In this document: piece by piece, positions 1 to 9,201 of the stretch
How the letters are laid out: each line of letters starts with the position of its first letter
Position numbering within the stretch: the first letter of the stretch is position 1
Virus record (IMG/VR): IMGVR_UViG_3300017912_002752
Strand: one strand, 5' to 3'
Origin: a virus
Taxonomy: Duplodnaviria; Caudoviricetes
Length of the DNA: 64,000 nt
The notes under the pieces: generated by a model
The model's database searches: none
Told to the model about the DNA's origin: nothing
The model's input: only the letters and a program-made list of their open reading frames with translations
Translations under genes and position numbers: made by a program

Positions 1-795
1 CCTTGAGCACCTTGTGGACTTGCACCTTGAGCACCTTGTGGTCCTTGTGCACCTTGTGGTCCCTGTGCACCTTGAGAACCTTTTGGACTGGCACCTTGAG
101 CACCTTGAGCGCCGGTTTCACCTGCTGCACCTTGAGCACCTTGAGGACTTGAACCTTGAGCACCTTGAGCACCTTGTGGTCCTTGTGCACCTTGTGCACC
201 TTGAGAACCTTTTGGACTGGCACCTTGAGCACCTTGAGCACCTTGTTCACCTGCTGGACCTTGAGCGCCTTGAGCACCTTGAGGTGAACTACCTTGAGCA
301 CCTTGTGGTCCTGCTGGACCTTGTGCACCTTGAGCACCTTGAGAACCTTTTGGACTTGCACCTTGAGCACCTTGTGGTCCTGCTGGACCTTGTGCACCTT
401 GTGCACCTTGAGCACCTTGAGGTGAACTACCTTGAGCACCTTGTGGTCCTGGTGGACCTTGTGCACCTTGTGCACCTTGTGCACCTTGAGGACTTGAACC
501 TTGAGCACCTTGTTCACCCGCTGGTCCTTGAGCACCTTGAGCACCTTGTGGACTTGCACCTTGAGCACCTTGTGGTCCTTGAGCACCTTGAGAACCTTTT
601 GGACTTGCACCTTGAGCACCTTGGTCACCTTTAGGACTTGAACCTTGTGCACCTTGAGCACCTGTACTACCACTTGGACCTTGTGGACCTTGAGAACCTT
701 TTGAACCTGTACCACCAGTCGAACCTTGTGAACCTTGAGGACCTTGAGGACCTTGAGCTCCTTGAGCACCTTGGTTACCTTTTGCACCAGTAGGA
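1..795 (-). repeat. Collagen-like coding repeat array (9-nt ccttgagca / ccttgtgca units on the + strand)
   Basis: Tandem GGT-GCT-CAA-type triplets on the minus strand, interrupted by G-[AS]-S-P-[QK] segments. Confidence 0.9.
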
Positions 796-1244
796 CCTGT
801 GTTGTGTACTAATAAGTTACCTACAAAGTAATTATGGTCAGGTTCTACTTCAATACTTATAAGTTCAATGGATTCGTCTACCCATTTTATTGAACTTATC
901 TTAATATTATTGAAAAATAGTTTATCACCACATCCACAATTTGAACATGAACATGATGTATTACCGATTGGCGAAACCCATTCACCATCTTTGAATATTT
1001 TTATATCAACGGAAGTTTTTAATTCAGTTCCGTCAGAAAGTTTTATTTTTAAATAGGAATCTACCGTGCGTGTAAATATAGACACAACCTTGTTGTATCT
1101 TGAAACGCCATTTTCAATATCATAACCTTTTATGTAGTCACCAACTTCTATGTTGGAAAAGTTAATCGGAACACCTTGTCTTTTGTTAACTCTTCCTTTG
1201 ATGTCTACTAAGGTATCTTTATGTAATCCGTGTATCAGTTCCAT
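1..1244 (-). CDS. N-terminal Hint (intein-like) domain fused to a collagen-like (Gly-X-Y) fibre protein; 3' end runs off the window
   Basis: Not in the ORF track. Manual translation from ATG at 1244: MELIHGLHKDTLVDIKG...IEVGDYIKGYD...KIKLSDGTEL...ISIEVEPDHNYFVGNLLVHN|TGPTGAKGNQGAQGAQGPQG..., open to the window edge with GAQ/GPQ triplets. Confidence 0.9.
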   Translation of the reverse strand, partial: MELIHGLHKDTLVDIKGRVNKRQGVPINFSNIEVGDYIKGYDIENGVSRYNKVVSIFTRTVDSYLKIKLSDGTELKTSVDIKIFKDGEWVSPIGNTSCSCSNCGCGDKLFFNNIKISSIKWVDESIELISIEVEPDHNYFVGNLLVHNTGPTGAKGNQGAQGAQGPQGPQGSQGSTGGTGSKGSQGPQGPSGSTGAQGAQGSSPKGDQGAQGASPKGSQGAQGPQGAQGASPQGAQGAQGPAGEQGAQGSSPQGAQGAQGAQGPPGPQGAQGSSPQGAQGAQGAQGPAGPQGAQGASPKGSQGAQGAQGPAGPQGAQGSSPQGAQGAQGPAGEQGAQGAQGASPKGSQGAQGAQGPQGAQGAQGSSPQGAQGAAGETGAQGAQGASPKGSQGAQGPQGAQGPQGAQGASPQGAQ

Positions 1245-1253
1245 TTATACCCC

Positions 1254-1886
1254 TTAACTAACAAAATCAAGTCTTAATATTATCGTAAAACCAAATCCTC
1301 TTGACCTATTTATTGCACCCCTATTTACTAATAAGTTTAATCTATCATCACCACTAAAACTATATGATGTACCAAATTCATAGGTTGTTGGAACACCTGC
1401 GGTTGCTGAAATTGTTCCATTTACTTCGGTTGAAATATTGCCACTTTGATTTTTCCATTGTAATCCAACCGTACCACTTGTAGCCGATGCGTGAGGACTT
1501 ACAATTACTTTTTCTACATATCCATCGACAGGTGCGACATATTGCCAATATCCTGTTTGAACATCACTATCCATTTGGTTTATATTTCCAAAAGGTGCGT
1601 ATGCGGTTATTATATCAGATTTTAGTACTTCACCATTTGTTACGATGATTTGTTTTTCTTTTGTTGCGTCAAGTGTACCTGTAATTGTTACACCACTATT
1701 TTGTGCTCTTAATCTTGTTGCACCACCTGTTACAAGTACAACATTATTATTACCACTAAATCCTATTTTAGTGTCATCATCACCTAAGTGTTCAATATAT
1801 TGTGGTATAAGTATCTCACCTGATGCGGTGATATTGTTTAACTCTGCGTTAGAGCCAGATACTATAATTTTTTTCCAATTTGGCAT
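1254..1886 (-). CDS. Putative virion fibre/structural protein
   Basis: 210 aa; N-terminus WKKIIVSGS is shared with the 481-aa neighbour; beta-rich; AAGGA SD-like motif upstream. Confidence 0.55.
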   Translation of the reverse strand: MPNWKKIIVSGSNAELNNITASGEILIPQYIEHLGDDDTKIGFSGNNNVVLVTGGATRLRAQNSGVTITGTLDATKEKQIIVTNGEVLKSDIITAYAPFGNINQMDSDVQTGYWQYVAPVDGYVEKVIVSPHASATSGTVGLQWKNQSGNISTEVNGTISATAGVPTTYEFGTSYSFSGDDRLNLLVNRGAINRSRGFGFTIILRLDFVS

Positions 1887-1903
1887 ATTTTAATCCTTTT
1901 TGC

Positions 1904-1948
1904 GGTTGGTCACTCTACTGAGCCCACTTCCCTTTCGGGCCAACAACC
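1904..1948 (-). promoter_or_regulatory. Candidate structured 5' leader RNA element
   Basis: GC-rich island in an AT-rich spacer: GUUGG/CCAAC closing stem, CCC-GAAA-GGG and CUC-AGUA-GAG hairpins, between the putative promoter (1973-1980) and the ATG at 1886. Confidence 0.45.
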
Positions 1949-1999
1949 AGATTTTACTTTAATTCCTATGTATATAAGTATTGAGAAAAAAAGAAAGAA

Positions 2000-2191
2000 T
2001 TAACCTTTAATTAAAGTATCGCCTTTTTTAGGTCTTTTAGATTTTGGACTTTTTACAAAATCCAATTCCAATTCGATTTTTCGTTGTAGATTTACCATCA
2101 TTGGTGCTTCAGCACCTGTTATCTGCATTCTTTGTAATGCGATTTGAATAATTTTTAAATCTTTTTCGTTTAAACCTTCGTATTCTGTCAT
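2000..2191 (-). CDS. Small hypothetical protein
   Basis: 63-aa ORF, tightly packed in the operon; pattern similar to the neighbour at 2194-2379. Confidence 0.65.
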   Translation of the reverse strand: MTEYEGLNEKDLKIIQIALQRMQITGAEAPMMVNLQRKIELELDFVKSPKSKRPKKGDTLIKG

Positions 2192-2193
2192 AA

Positions 2194-2379
2194 CTATTTA
2201 ATTTTTTCGTAAGAGGTTTGTAATTTTACTGCTAATTTGTATACTGATTCTAAATCTGTACCTTTAAAAGTACCATTAGATATCAAAAATAAGAGAACCT
2301 CAAGCTCTTCTTTGTTGAGCTTGAGGTTTGTCTCTTTAATAGGTTGTTGTGTATTTTTAAGTTGTTTATGATTTGACAT
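2194..2379 (-). CDS. Small hypothetical protein
   Basis: 61-aa ORF, tightly packed in the operon. Confidence 0.65.
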   Translation of the reverse strand: MSNHKQLKNTQQPIKETNLKLNKEELEVLLFLISNGTFKGTDLESVYKLAVKLQTSYEKIK

Positions 2380-2398
2380 AACTAATTTTTTAATTTAT

Positions 2399-3844
2399 TT
2401 ACACATAAATATAAATTTCATTTGATTCTATTCTAATATTACCTGCGTGGTCTGCTTTTGCAGTTGCTGCGTTTGCTTCACTTCCTTCAAACACACCAGC
2501 TAAATAATAACCTGTTGTACCTGCTGCGAAGTCATCTGAGTTAGACGCTGCTTTATCAGTTACCTGTACTGCTAAACGACCATCGTTAGAATTGTAAGAA
2601 TTATCTAAAATAAGTGCGTGACCTGAGTTAGCGGTTGCGTTAGAACCACCAAATATAATACCTGAGTCTCCTGAGTTTGAACCTGAGTTTAGTAAGATAT
2701 ATTGGTCTTCTACATTTAAGTTAGCTACTTGTAATTCAGTTCTTGAACCTTCAACAGTTAAATCACCTGAGACTCTCAGGTTATTGAATGTTGGAGAATC
2801 ACTTGAAGCAACTGATTGGTCTTGACCACCTAAGTAACCCCATTGAGTATTTGAGATTGTTACTGAATCAATGTTCTCTAATTGTGCACCTTCTGCTGCA
2901 CTTAAGTTACTGATTTCAGTTACTTGTGATGCTGCTACAGTTTTACCTGAGATATCAACTTGTGCTGAAGAAGATACAATTGATGCACCTAATCCTGCTA
3001 TTGCTGTTGCTGATAATGAACCTGAGATTCCTGCTTTTGTTAATCCTTTTACAGTAGCTATTTCTGATAATTCAGAATCCATCAATGCACCTGCGCTGGT
3101 TACATTTGCAGCGTCTGTTACATCTGCACCATCTTCAACATTAATTAATGTTCTAACATTCGCTGCAGTTAATGCACTTGGTGCTGCTGCACCACCTGAT
3201 ACATTACCTAAAATTGTATCGTCTGCAATATTTTCTATTTTTGCTAATGTAACACCACTATCTTTAATTCTTAGTGCGTCTGAGTTAAGTTCGATTGTTG
3301 AATCATCAACACCTACTGCTAATGAAATACTTCCATTACTTCCTGTGTTAGTAGTAAACGAACCACCACCTGATAAACCATCACCTGCAGTTATTGTGAT
3401 TGTTGAATCATTAGTACCTGCTAAAGATGATACCTGTGCTGATGAGGATACAATTCCTATACCTAATGCTGCGATTCCTGCTGCGTCTGTTACATCTGCA
3501 CCATCCTCAACATTAATGATTGTTCTAACTTGTGCTGCAGTTAGTGCTTGAGGTGCACCTGTTCCTGCACCATTTGCTCTACCTTGAATTCTGTCTGCGG
3601 CTAAGTCAGCCTGTTTTGCGAGTGTAACACCACTATCTTTTATACTAATGGTTCTCGCACCAGAACCATCATATGTGGTTCCTGAGTTAAGTTGGATTGT
3701 CGAATCATCTACCGTAAGACTATTTCCAACTTGGGTTGCTGTCCCTGTTACATTACCAACTAAATTTCCTTTGAATCCTGCTGATGCAGATACATTAAGA
3801 AGGTCGGCACTTGAACCTGAGACAATGACTTTTTTCCATCCCAT
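2399..3844 (-). CDS. Tail-fibre-like structural protein with internal duplication
   Basis: 481 aa, Ala/Gly/Ser-rich; duplicated VDDSTI.LNS...IKDSGVTLAK...ALTAA.VRT.INVEDGADVTDAA block; C-terminal LNVEDQYILLNSG...DSGIIF fibre-type motif; AGGAG SD. Confidence 0.65.
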   Translation of the reverse strand: MGWKKVIVSGSSADLLNVSASAGFKGNLVGNVTGTATQVGNSLTVDDSTIQLNSGTTYDGSGARTISIKDSGVTLAKQADLAADRIQGRANGAGTGAPQALTAAQVRTIINVEDGADVTDAAGIAALGIGIVSSSAQVSSLAGTNDSTITITAGDGLSGGGSFTTNTGSNGSISLAVGVDDSTIELNSDALRIKDSGVTLAKIENIADDTILGNVSGGAAAPSALTAANVRTLINVEDGADVTDAANVTSAGALMDSELSEIATVKGLTKAGISGSLSATAIAGLGASIVSSSAQVDISGKTVAASQVTEISNLSAAEGAQLENIDSVTISNTQWGYLGGQDQSVASSDSPTFNNLRVSGDLTVEGSRTELQVANLNVEDQYILLNSGSNSGDSGIIFGGSNATANSGHALILDNSYNSNDGRLAVQVTDKAASNSDDFAAGTTGYYLAGVFEGSEANAATAKADHAGNIRIESNEIYIYV

Positions 3845-3948
3845 TTTTTTTCTCCTATTAATTTATTATTTTTAAACAACTGGCACACAACATTGTACCA
3901 ACCAAAACTTCTTAATTATACATAATATAAATATGTATTAATTTTTTA

Positions 3949-4569
3949 TTAACTATTACCCAATCCTAAATAAAAGTTAGAACCTGAATAAAATATTCCA
4001 CCTTCTTGATATGTAGGAGTTGAGGTTAATTCTTTAAACTTTAAAACACTACTTAATCTCATGGAACCTGTTATATCTAAATTATTAGTAGTTGATTCGA
4101 ATGAGCCAGTAGTTCTAAATATTGTCTTATCTAATGACCCTGTAAAATTATTTAATGATGTAAGTAAAGTACTAACTCCACTTTTGAATGTAGCTGAAGT
4201 TGTATCCAATGTTAAAGTTGCGTCACCACTTGTTGCTCCACCACTTAAACCATTTCCTGCTACAACACTTGTGATATCACCACTTCCACCACCACCACCT
4301 GAAATACCTAAGTTAGTAGTATGGAATGATGCTGAATCATCTGTTCCTGCATAACCTGGCGTAGAGAATGCAACAAACTTTCGTGTAACATATAATTGTT
4401 CAGAACTTTCTACCCAAATTATTTGTCCATCTCTAAGTCTGTCGTGATATATGCCTGTCATGTCTGAAGCAGAGGGTACAGTAGTCCAGCCACCTTGTAC
4501 ATATTGTACTGATGTAAATGAACCCGAAGCCCCACTTCTTACATAAATATCACCTGCCGTTGTTGCCAT
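3949..4569 (-). CDS. Putative virion structural protein
   Basis: 206 aa; GDITSVVAGNGLSGGATSGDATL fibre-type repeat motif. Confidence 0.55.
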   Translation of the reverse strand: MATTAGDIYVRSGASGSFTSVQYVQGGWTTVPSASDMTGIYHDRLRDGQIIWVESSEQLYVTRKFVAFSTPGYAGTDDSASFHTTNLGISGGGGGSGDITSVVAGNGLSGGATSGDATLTLDTTSATFKSGVSTLLTSLNNFTGSLDKTIFRTTGSFESTTNNLDITGSMRLSSVLKFKELTSTPTYQEGGIFYSGSNFYLGLGNS

Positions 4570-4587
4570 CTATTTCTTTTCCTTTTC

Positions 4588-7500
4588 CTATGGTGCTGAC
4601 GCTGAGTCAGGCATTAAATAATATCTTGAGTTATTTGTATTTTCACCTTCTGCAAAAACCATTCCCCATTTTGAATATCCTTCTACTGCATTTTCAGTAT
4701 TGAAGTAATATACACCCGTTCCAATTGTACCAGGTATGGCTGCGTCTTTTGCATATACATAGTATTCATTTGCAGTACCCGTACTATCTGGCGGTACTCC
4801 ATCATACATACTTACAGGTTTACCACCTTGATTAGATGCTGATGGGAATACTACTACTAATCTTCTTGAACCCCCACTAAAGTTTACATATCCAAAACTT
4901 GATAGTCCTGTTGCGCTACTATCTGATAATGTTGCTTTGGATGAACTTGCAAATAGTAACATTTGTCCACCTACAAATGATGGATTAAATGTTTTACCAA
5001 GTGAACCACTTTGTAAATGTGCGATTACAGAACCACTTGTTATATCAACACCATCTGCCCCACTATCACCTAATGATGCGATTGCAGCTGCTTCACTTGC
5101 TGCAGAACCACCATCCCAACCATAAACATATGTTTTAGCAACAGGGTCAAGAATTGTTATACTTCTATTGTAACTTGTTGACTTATCAAAGTTGTCAAAT
5201 ATTGATGCGCTATAGTTGTAAGTCACACCACTACTAATTGTTCCTGCACTTTGTAGTTGATATGATGATGAGTTTGCATTTTGTGGTACAAGTTTTAAAT
5301 TACCTGCGTCTGTTCCACCTAATGAAGCTGAGAATGGTGTATCCGATTCTGTATCTGATATAGTAATCGTTGTAAGATTTGTTGATGCCGCTACTGATGC
5401 GGTCATGTTTGCACCTACTTCACTAAATGTTGCAGTTGGGGCTTGATTTGCGAATACATTTACTGTTAATGAACCACTTCCTATATTATCAAACTGGTCT
5501 CTATATGTTATTGTAGATGTAATCGTATCACCACTACCTGTACTTGAACCACTAACATGAACTTTCATTGTTAAGTTACCACTATTGTTAATACCTATTG
5601 CGGCGTTAGATGATGTAAATGACTGAACTGCCGCTGAATTATATTCTGGTGCATAACTTACTGTTAATTGTGATGGACTTCCACCACCAAAACCAGTTAA
5701 ACTTCTAATTACAGAACCACTTACTGCGGATTCGATAATGTGAGATGTAGTATTACCACCTAAAGTACCTATTGGTGCTTGTGCGATTGTTAAACTATGA
5801 TTAGTAGTACCTACTCTAAATCCATGAGTATCTTTTATAGATGCTGTCATTTCATACGCCGATGCACTTAGATTATTAGTTGCTTGTATTAAATATGAAT
5901 CTCCACTCTTAACACTATTTAACTGACCACTTGGGTCTGTAAATGTAAATGAGTTATGATTTAGTGTATCACTTTCTGTATCTGTAAAAGATATTGTTGT
6001 AATTGTACTACCACTTCTTGCACCATTTGTGTTTAAGTTTGCTGATGTATTACTAAAACTTGGAACAGGTGCGTTGTTGATTGCAACTCTAACATCTACA
6101 TCAATGTATTGTTTAGTTGTTTCGAATCCGTGTTCAGATGCAGTCAATGCAACACTAATTCTATTATCACCATCGAATGAGTTGGCAGACCCACTAATGT
6201 CATTTTTAACTCTAAGTTCTGTGGTTGACCCTGTAAGGTTTGTTACCTCAATCAAATCATTTTCTGAGGTGAGTTCCCATCTTTGAGATGCAACTGATGA
6301 CCATTGAGCAATCGTTCCTGTTCTACCATTTGAGCTTATTCTTACAGAATTACCATCCACTGCGGATTCTATAATATAAGGTGCTACTGTCCAATTGTCT
6401 GATATTGTACTTTGTGTGTTATCTGCGATGTTAATTCTGATTAAACCTGTATCAGATGTTGTATTAAATGCGTCTTTTACTGTTACTTGATAAAAATATC
6501 TGTTTGCTACATCAGAATTTAGATAAACTCCATTCTTTCTTGTTACTACACCTGCAGAACTACATTGGAATGGGTCTGAGTGTGGGTCATATAATGAATT
6601 ACCACCTAAAGATGATGTAATATTTGAACCACCATCCAAATTTGCCTCTTTTAGCGTAAAGTTACTAAATGTTATTGTATCATCTGTTGGGTCTGTTGCA
6701 GTTATTGAACCTACACTTGCACCATTTGCACTATTTTCATTGATACTTCCTAATGTTTGGTCATTTACTGTTGGACCAACATTGTCAACTACTGCTATTT
6801 GGAATGGTAAGTATGCAATTGCTGCAGTATCATCACCACTTTGATAGTGTTCGTCACTTGCAGTTAAAACTAACTCATATTTTGGAGTAGTTTCGTAATC
6901 TAATGACGCCGTTGTTTGATTTAACTGAACATATGTACTTGTTTTAGTAAATGTGAACCCACTTGGTACTGAACCACTTCCTATTGTTATAGTATCACCT
7001 TCGTCATCAGTAAAATATACTCTAACTTTGTTATTTCCTGCAGTTGAGTTCTCATTTAGTGATTGTGTAAATGTAGTTACTACTGAACCACCGACTGATG
7101 TTTGTCTCCATTTAGGAGCGGTATTAGGAGTTACCCTAATGTATATTGTTTTTGAACCAACACCACTAAATGTATCTACTGCCTCTACTAAGAAAGGATG
7201 TGAACCACTACCTGGTGTATTATCAGTATTTAAAGATGATGTTGATTTAGTATTTAGAGTTATTGCACCTGCCGATGATATTCTAAACTTATCAGCGGTA
7301 TATGCACTTGCAGTTCTAAATGTAATTGATTGTCCCTCTGCGTCTGTTGCGGTAACTGTACCAACTGATGAACCACTTGATACAAACTCACCTATTGTAA
7401 ATCCATTAGTTGTAATTGAAGGTACTGTATTTGGGAAAAATACCTTTTCTATAAATTGTGACAATGAACCACTTGTACCTGCGTTGGTGTTATAAACTCC

Positions 7501-9138
7501 TGCAGGTAGATTTGTATTAGATATTACTCTGTTTCCGTCAAAGATTGTAAATCCTGATGCGAATGATGCGGTTGCAACTGACATAGAACTTGTTTGACTA
7601 TTTGAAATCGCAGAACCTGTAAAAGTATTTAATGCGTTTATACTTACTTGAGCCGAACCTGTAAAATTATTTAATGGTACTATGTTAGTTGCACCACCAC
7701 CGCCACCACCGAAACCTAATGCCGTTATTTGTGCTGAACTTGATACAATCCCACTTGGTAATTGTACTGAACTACTAATAGTTCCTGACGGAACTGAAGT
7801 TAAATATGAACTCGTAGCTGCATTTAATGCGTTTATACTTGTCTGTGCTGAACCTGTAAAGTTGTTTAAAGGTGTTGCGTTAAATGAACCACCACCACCG
7901 AAACCTAATGCGGTTATCTGTGCTGATGAAGATACCGTTCCGTCAGGAACAGATGTTAAGTATGAACTTGTAGCTGCGTTTAGTGCGTTTATACTTGTCT
8001 GTGCTGAACCTGTAAAGTTATTTAGTGGTACTATGTTGGTTGAACCACCACCAGCTGAACCTGTGTTTGCATTATCTATATAGATAACACCACCCATGTT
8101 TGCGTGAGCAGTACATTGATAATATAATACTCTTGGTGAGTCGAATTGTACATCCCAAAGTAATGTTCCGTTTGAAACATCATTGTTAGTTATACCATCA
8201 TTATATGCAGAACCTGCCGAACCATTTGGAGTTGATTGAATCCTAAATGGATGTGCACCCATGTTATTTATAAATTTATATTTTTGACCTCTCATTAAAT
8301 AAAGAGTTGGGTCATTTTCTGCACCTGTTAAACCTGGACCTCTAAATGTATAATGATTTGCACCATCTGCACCCAATGTCCATTGTGCAGTATAATTACT
8401 TAACTCTGCTACTGATGCCGAATCAACACTTGTTATTGAAGAAGATATTAATCCACTTGGTAATTGTGCCGATGAAGATAATATACCACTTGGTAATTGT
8501 GCTGAACTCGAAACCAGTCCACTTGGTAATTGTGCCGATGAAGATAATATACCACTCGGTAATTGTGCTGAACTACTTATAGTCCCACTTGGAACTGAAC
8601 CACCACCTGAACCTGTATTAATTGTTACAGTAACTGCATTACCTGAATTTGTTGCCGTAACTGCGTTACCTACAAAATCAAAACTACGAACCATTTTACT
8701 TAATGCAGTTCCTTCGTTTGATGCAGTTATATTTAATCCGGCTCCACCACCACCGCCACCTGCGAGTGACGATAAATCTACTGAATTTCCATTTGAAATA
8801 CTTAGTGCATTTGTACCATCATTAAACGATAGTGTCTGTTCTGACCCTGTATTGTCTGTTGCACTCTCTAAAGTAGTTAATCTTGTACCAATTGATGATG
8901 ATATAGATGGAAATGTTGTTTCTCTAAAATTAGTATTTGCAGTTATTGAATTTTTTTGAAAAGCCGTTATAGTTGTCGGTCTGTTTAATATTGAATTATA
9001 TTGAACTTGGTTAGAACCAGATAGAGTACCAGCTGGTAAACTTGCTGCTATTTGCGCAGATGATGAGACAACACCATTAGATGCCGTTATATCCCCAAAA
9101 AATGACCCGCTGAATGAACCTGTGAAATCAAATGCCAA
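4588..9138 (-). CDS. Large virion adhesin-like protein with cadherin-like repeats and a cupredoxin-like domain
   Basis: 1516 aa, TTG start with GGAG SD; cadherin-type motifs (VGTVTATDAEG, LDYETTPKYELVLTASD, SINENSANGASVGSITATD); SSAQLPSG repeats; HPF...YQCTAHANM. Confidence 0.7.
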   Translation of the reverse strand: MAFDFTGSFSGSFFGDITASNGVVSSSAQIAASLPAGTLSGSNQVQYNSILNRPTTITAFQKNSITANTNFRETTFPSISSSIGTRLTTLESATDNTGSEQTLSFNDGTNALSISNGNSVDLSSLAGGGGGGAGLNITASNEGTALSKMVRSFDFVGNAVTATNSGNAVTVTINTGSGGGSVPSGTISSSAQLPSGILSSSAQLPSGLVSSSAQLPSGILSSSAQLPSGLISSSITSVDSASVAELSNYTAQWTLGADGANHYTFRGPGLTGAENDPTLYLMRGQKYKFINNMGAHPFRIQSTPNGSAGSAYNDGITNNDVSNGTLLWDVQFDSPRVLYYQCTAHANMGGVIYIDNANTGSAGGGSTNIVPLNNFTGSAQTSINALNAATSSYLTSVPDGTVSSSAQITALGFGGGGSFNATPLNNFTGSAQTSINALNAATSSYLTSVPSGTISSSVQLPSGIVSSSAQITALGFGGGGGGATNIVPLNNFTGSAQVSINALNTFTGSAISNSQTSSMSVATASFASGFTIFDGNRVISNTNLPAGVYNTNAGTSGSLSQFIEKVFFPNTVPSITTNGFTIGEFVSSGSSVGTVTATDAEGQSITFRTASAYTADKFRISSAGAITLNTKSTSSLNTDNTPGSGSHPFLVEAVDTFSGVGSKTIYIRVTPNTAPKWRQTSVGGSVVTTFTQSLNENSTAGNNKVRVYFTDDEGDTITIGSGSVPSGFTFTKTSTYVQLNQTTASLDYETTPKYELVLTASDEHYQSGDDTAAIAYLPFQIAVVDNVGPTVNDQTLGSINENSANGASVGSITATDPTDDTITFSNFTLKEANLDGGSNITSSLGGNSLYDPHSDPFQCSSAGVVTRKNGVYLNSDVANRYFYQVTVKDAFNTTSDTGLIRINIADNTQSTISDNWTVAPYIIESAVDGNSVRISSNGRTGTIAQWSSVASQRWELTSENDLIEVTNLTGSTTELRVKNDISGSANSFDGDNRISVALTASEHGFETTKQYIDVDVRVAINNAPVPSFSNTSANLNTNGARSGSTITTISFTDTESDTLNHNSFTFTDPSGQLNSVKSGDSYLIQATNNLSASAYEMTASIKDTHGFRVGTTNHSLTIAQAPIGTLGGNTTSHIIESAVSGSVIRSLTGFGGGSPSQLTVSYAPEYNSAAVQSFTSSNAAIGINNSGNLTMKVHVSGSSTGSGDTITSTITYRDQFDNIGSGSLTVNVFANQAPTATFSEVGANMTASVAASTNLTTITISDTESDTPFSASLGGTDAGNLKLVPQNANSSSYQLQSAGTISSGVTYNYSASIFDNFDKSTSYNRSITILDPVAKTYVYGWDGGSAASEAAAIASLGDSGADGVDITSGSVIAHLQSGSLGKTFNPSFVGGQMLLFASSSKATLSDSSATGLSSFGYVNFSGGSRRLVVVFPSASNQGGKPVSMYDGVPPDSTGTANEYYVYAKDAAIPGTIGTGVYYFNTENAVEGYSKWGMVFAEGENTNNSRYYLMPDSASAP
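8453..8592 (-). repeat. 30-nt tandem coding repeat (SSSAQLPSG[IL][LVI])
   Basis: About four near-identical copies of ccacttggtaattgtgc.ga in tandem. Confidence 0.85.
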
Positions 9139-9169
9139 TTTTATATCTCCAATTAAATACTTTTACCTA

Positions 9170-9177
9170 TATAAATA
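9170..9177 (-). promoter_or_regulatory. Putative late promoter motif TATTTATA (representative copy)
   Basis: Same octamer upstream of minus-strand genes at 3926, 17863, 19832, 22440, 23496, 27837, 42605, 50899; variants at 1973, 9887, 12912, 31279. Confidence 0.6.
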
Positions 9178-9201
9178 TGTTATTATTTTCTAAAAATAAT
9201 C

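Noticed and set aside
14-634. + strand 206-aa His/Leu/Glu repeat ORF
   Set aside because: Antisense shadow of the collagen-like gene on the minus strand
1-795. Repeat array as CRISPR or non-coding satellite
   Set aside because: Units are in-frame codon triplets with no unique spacers
3881-3900. Hairpin upstream of the 481-aa gene as a terminator
   Set aside because: Weak stem without a U tract on the coding strand, and downstream of a promoter-like motif; at most a leader hairpin
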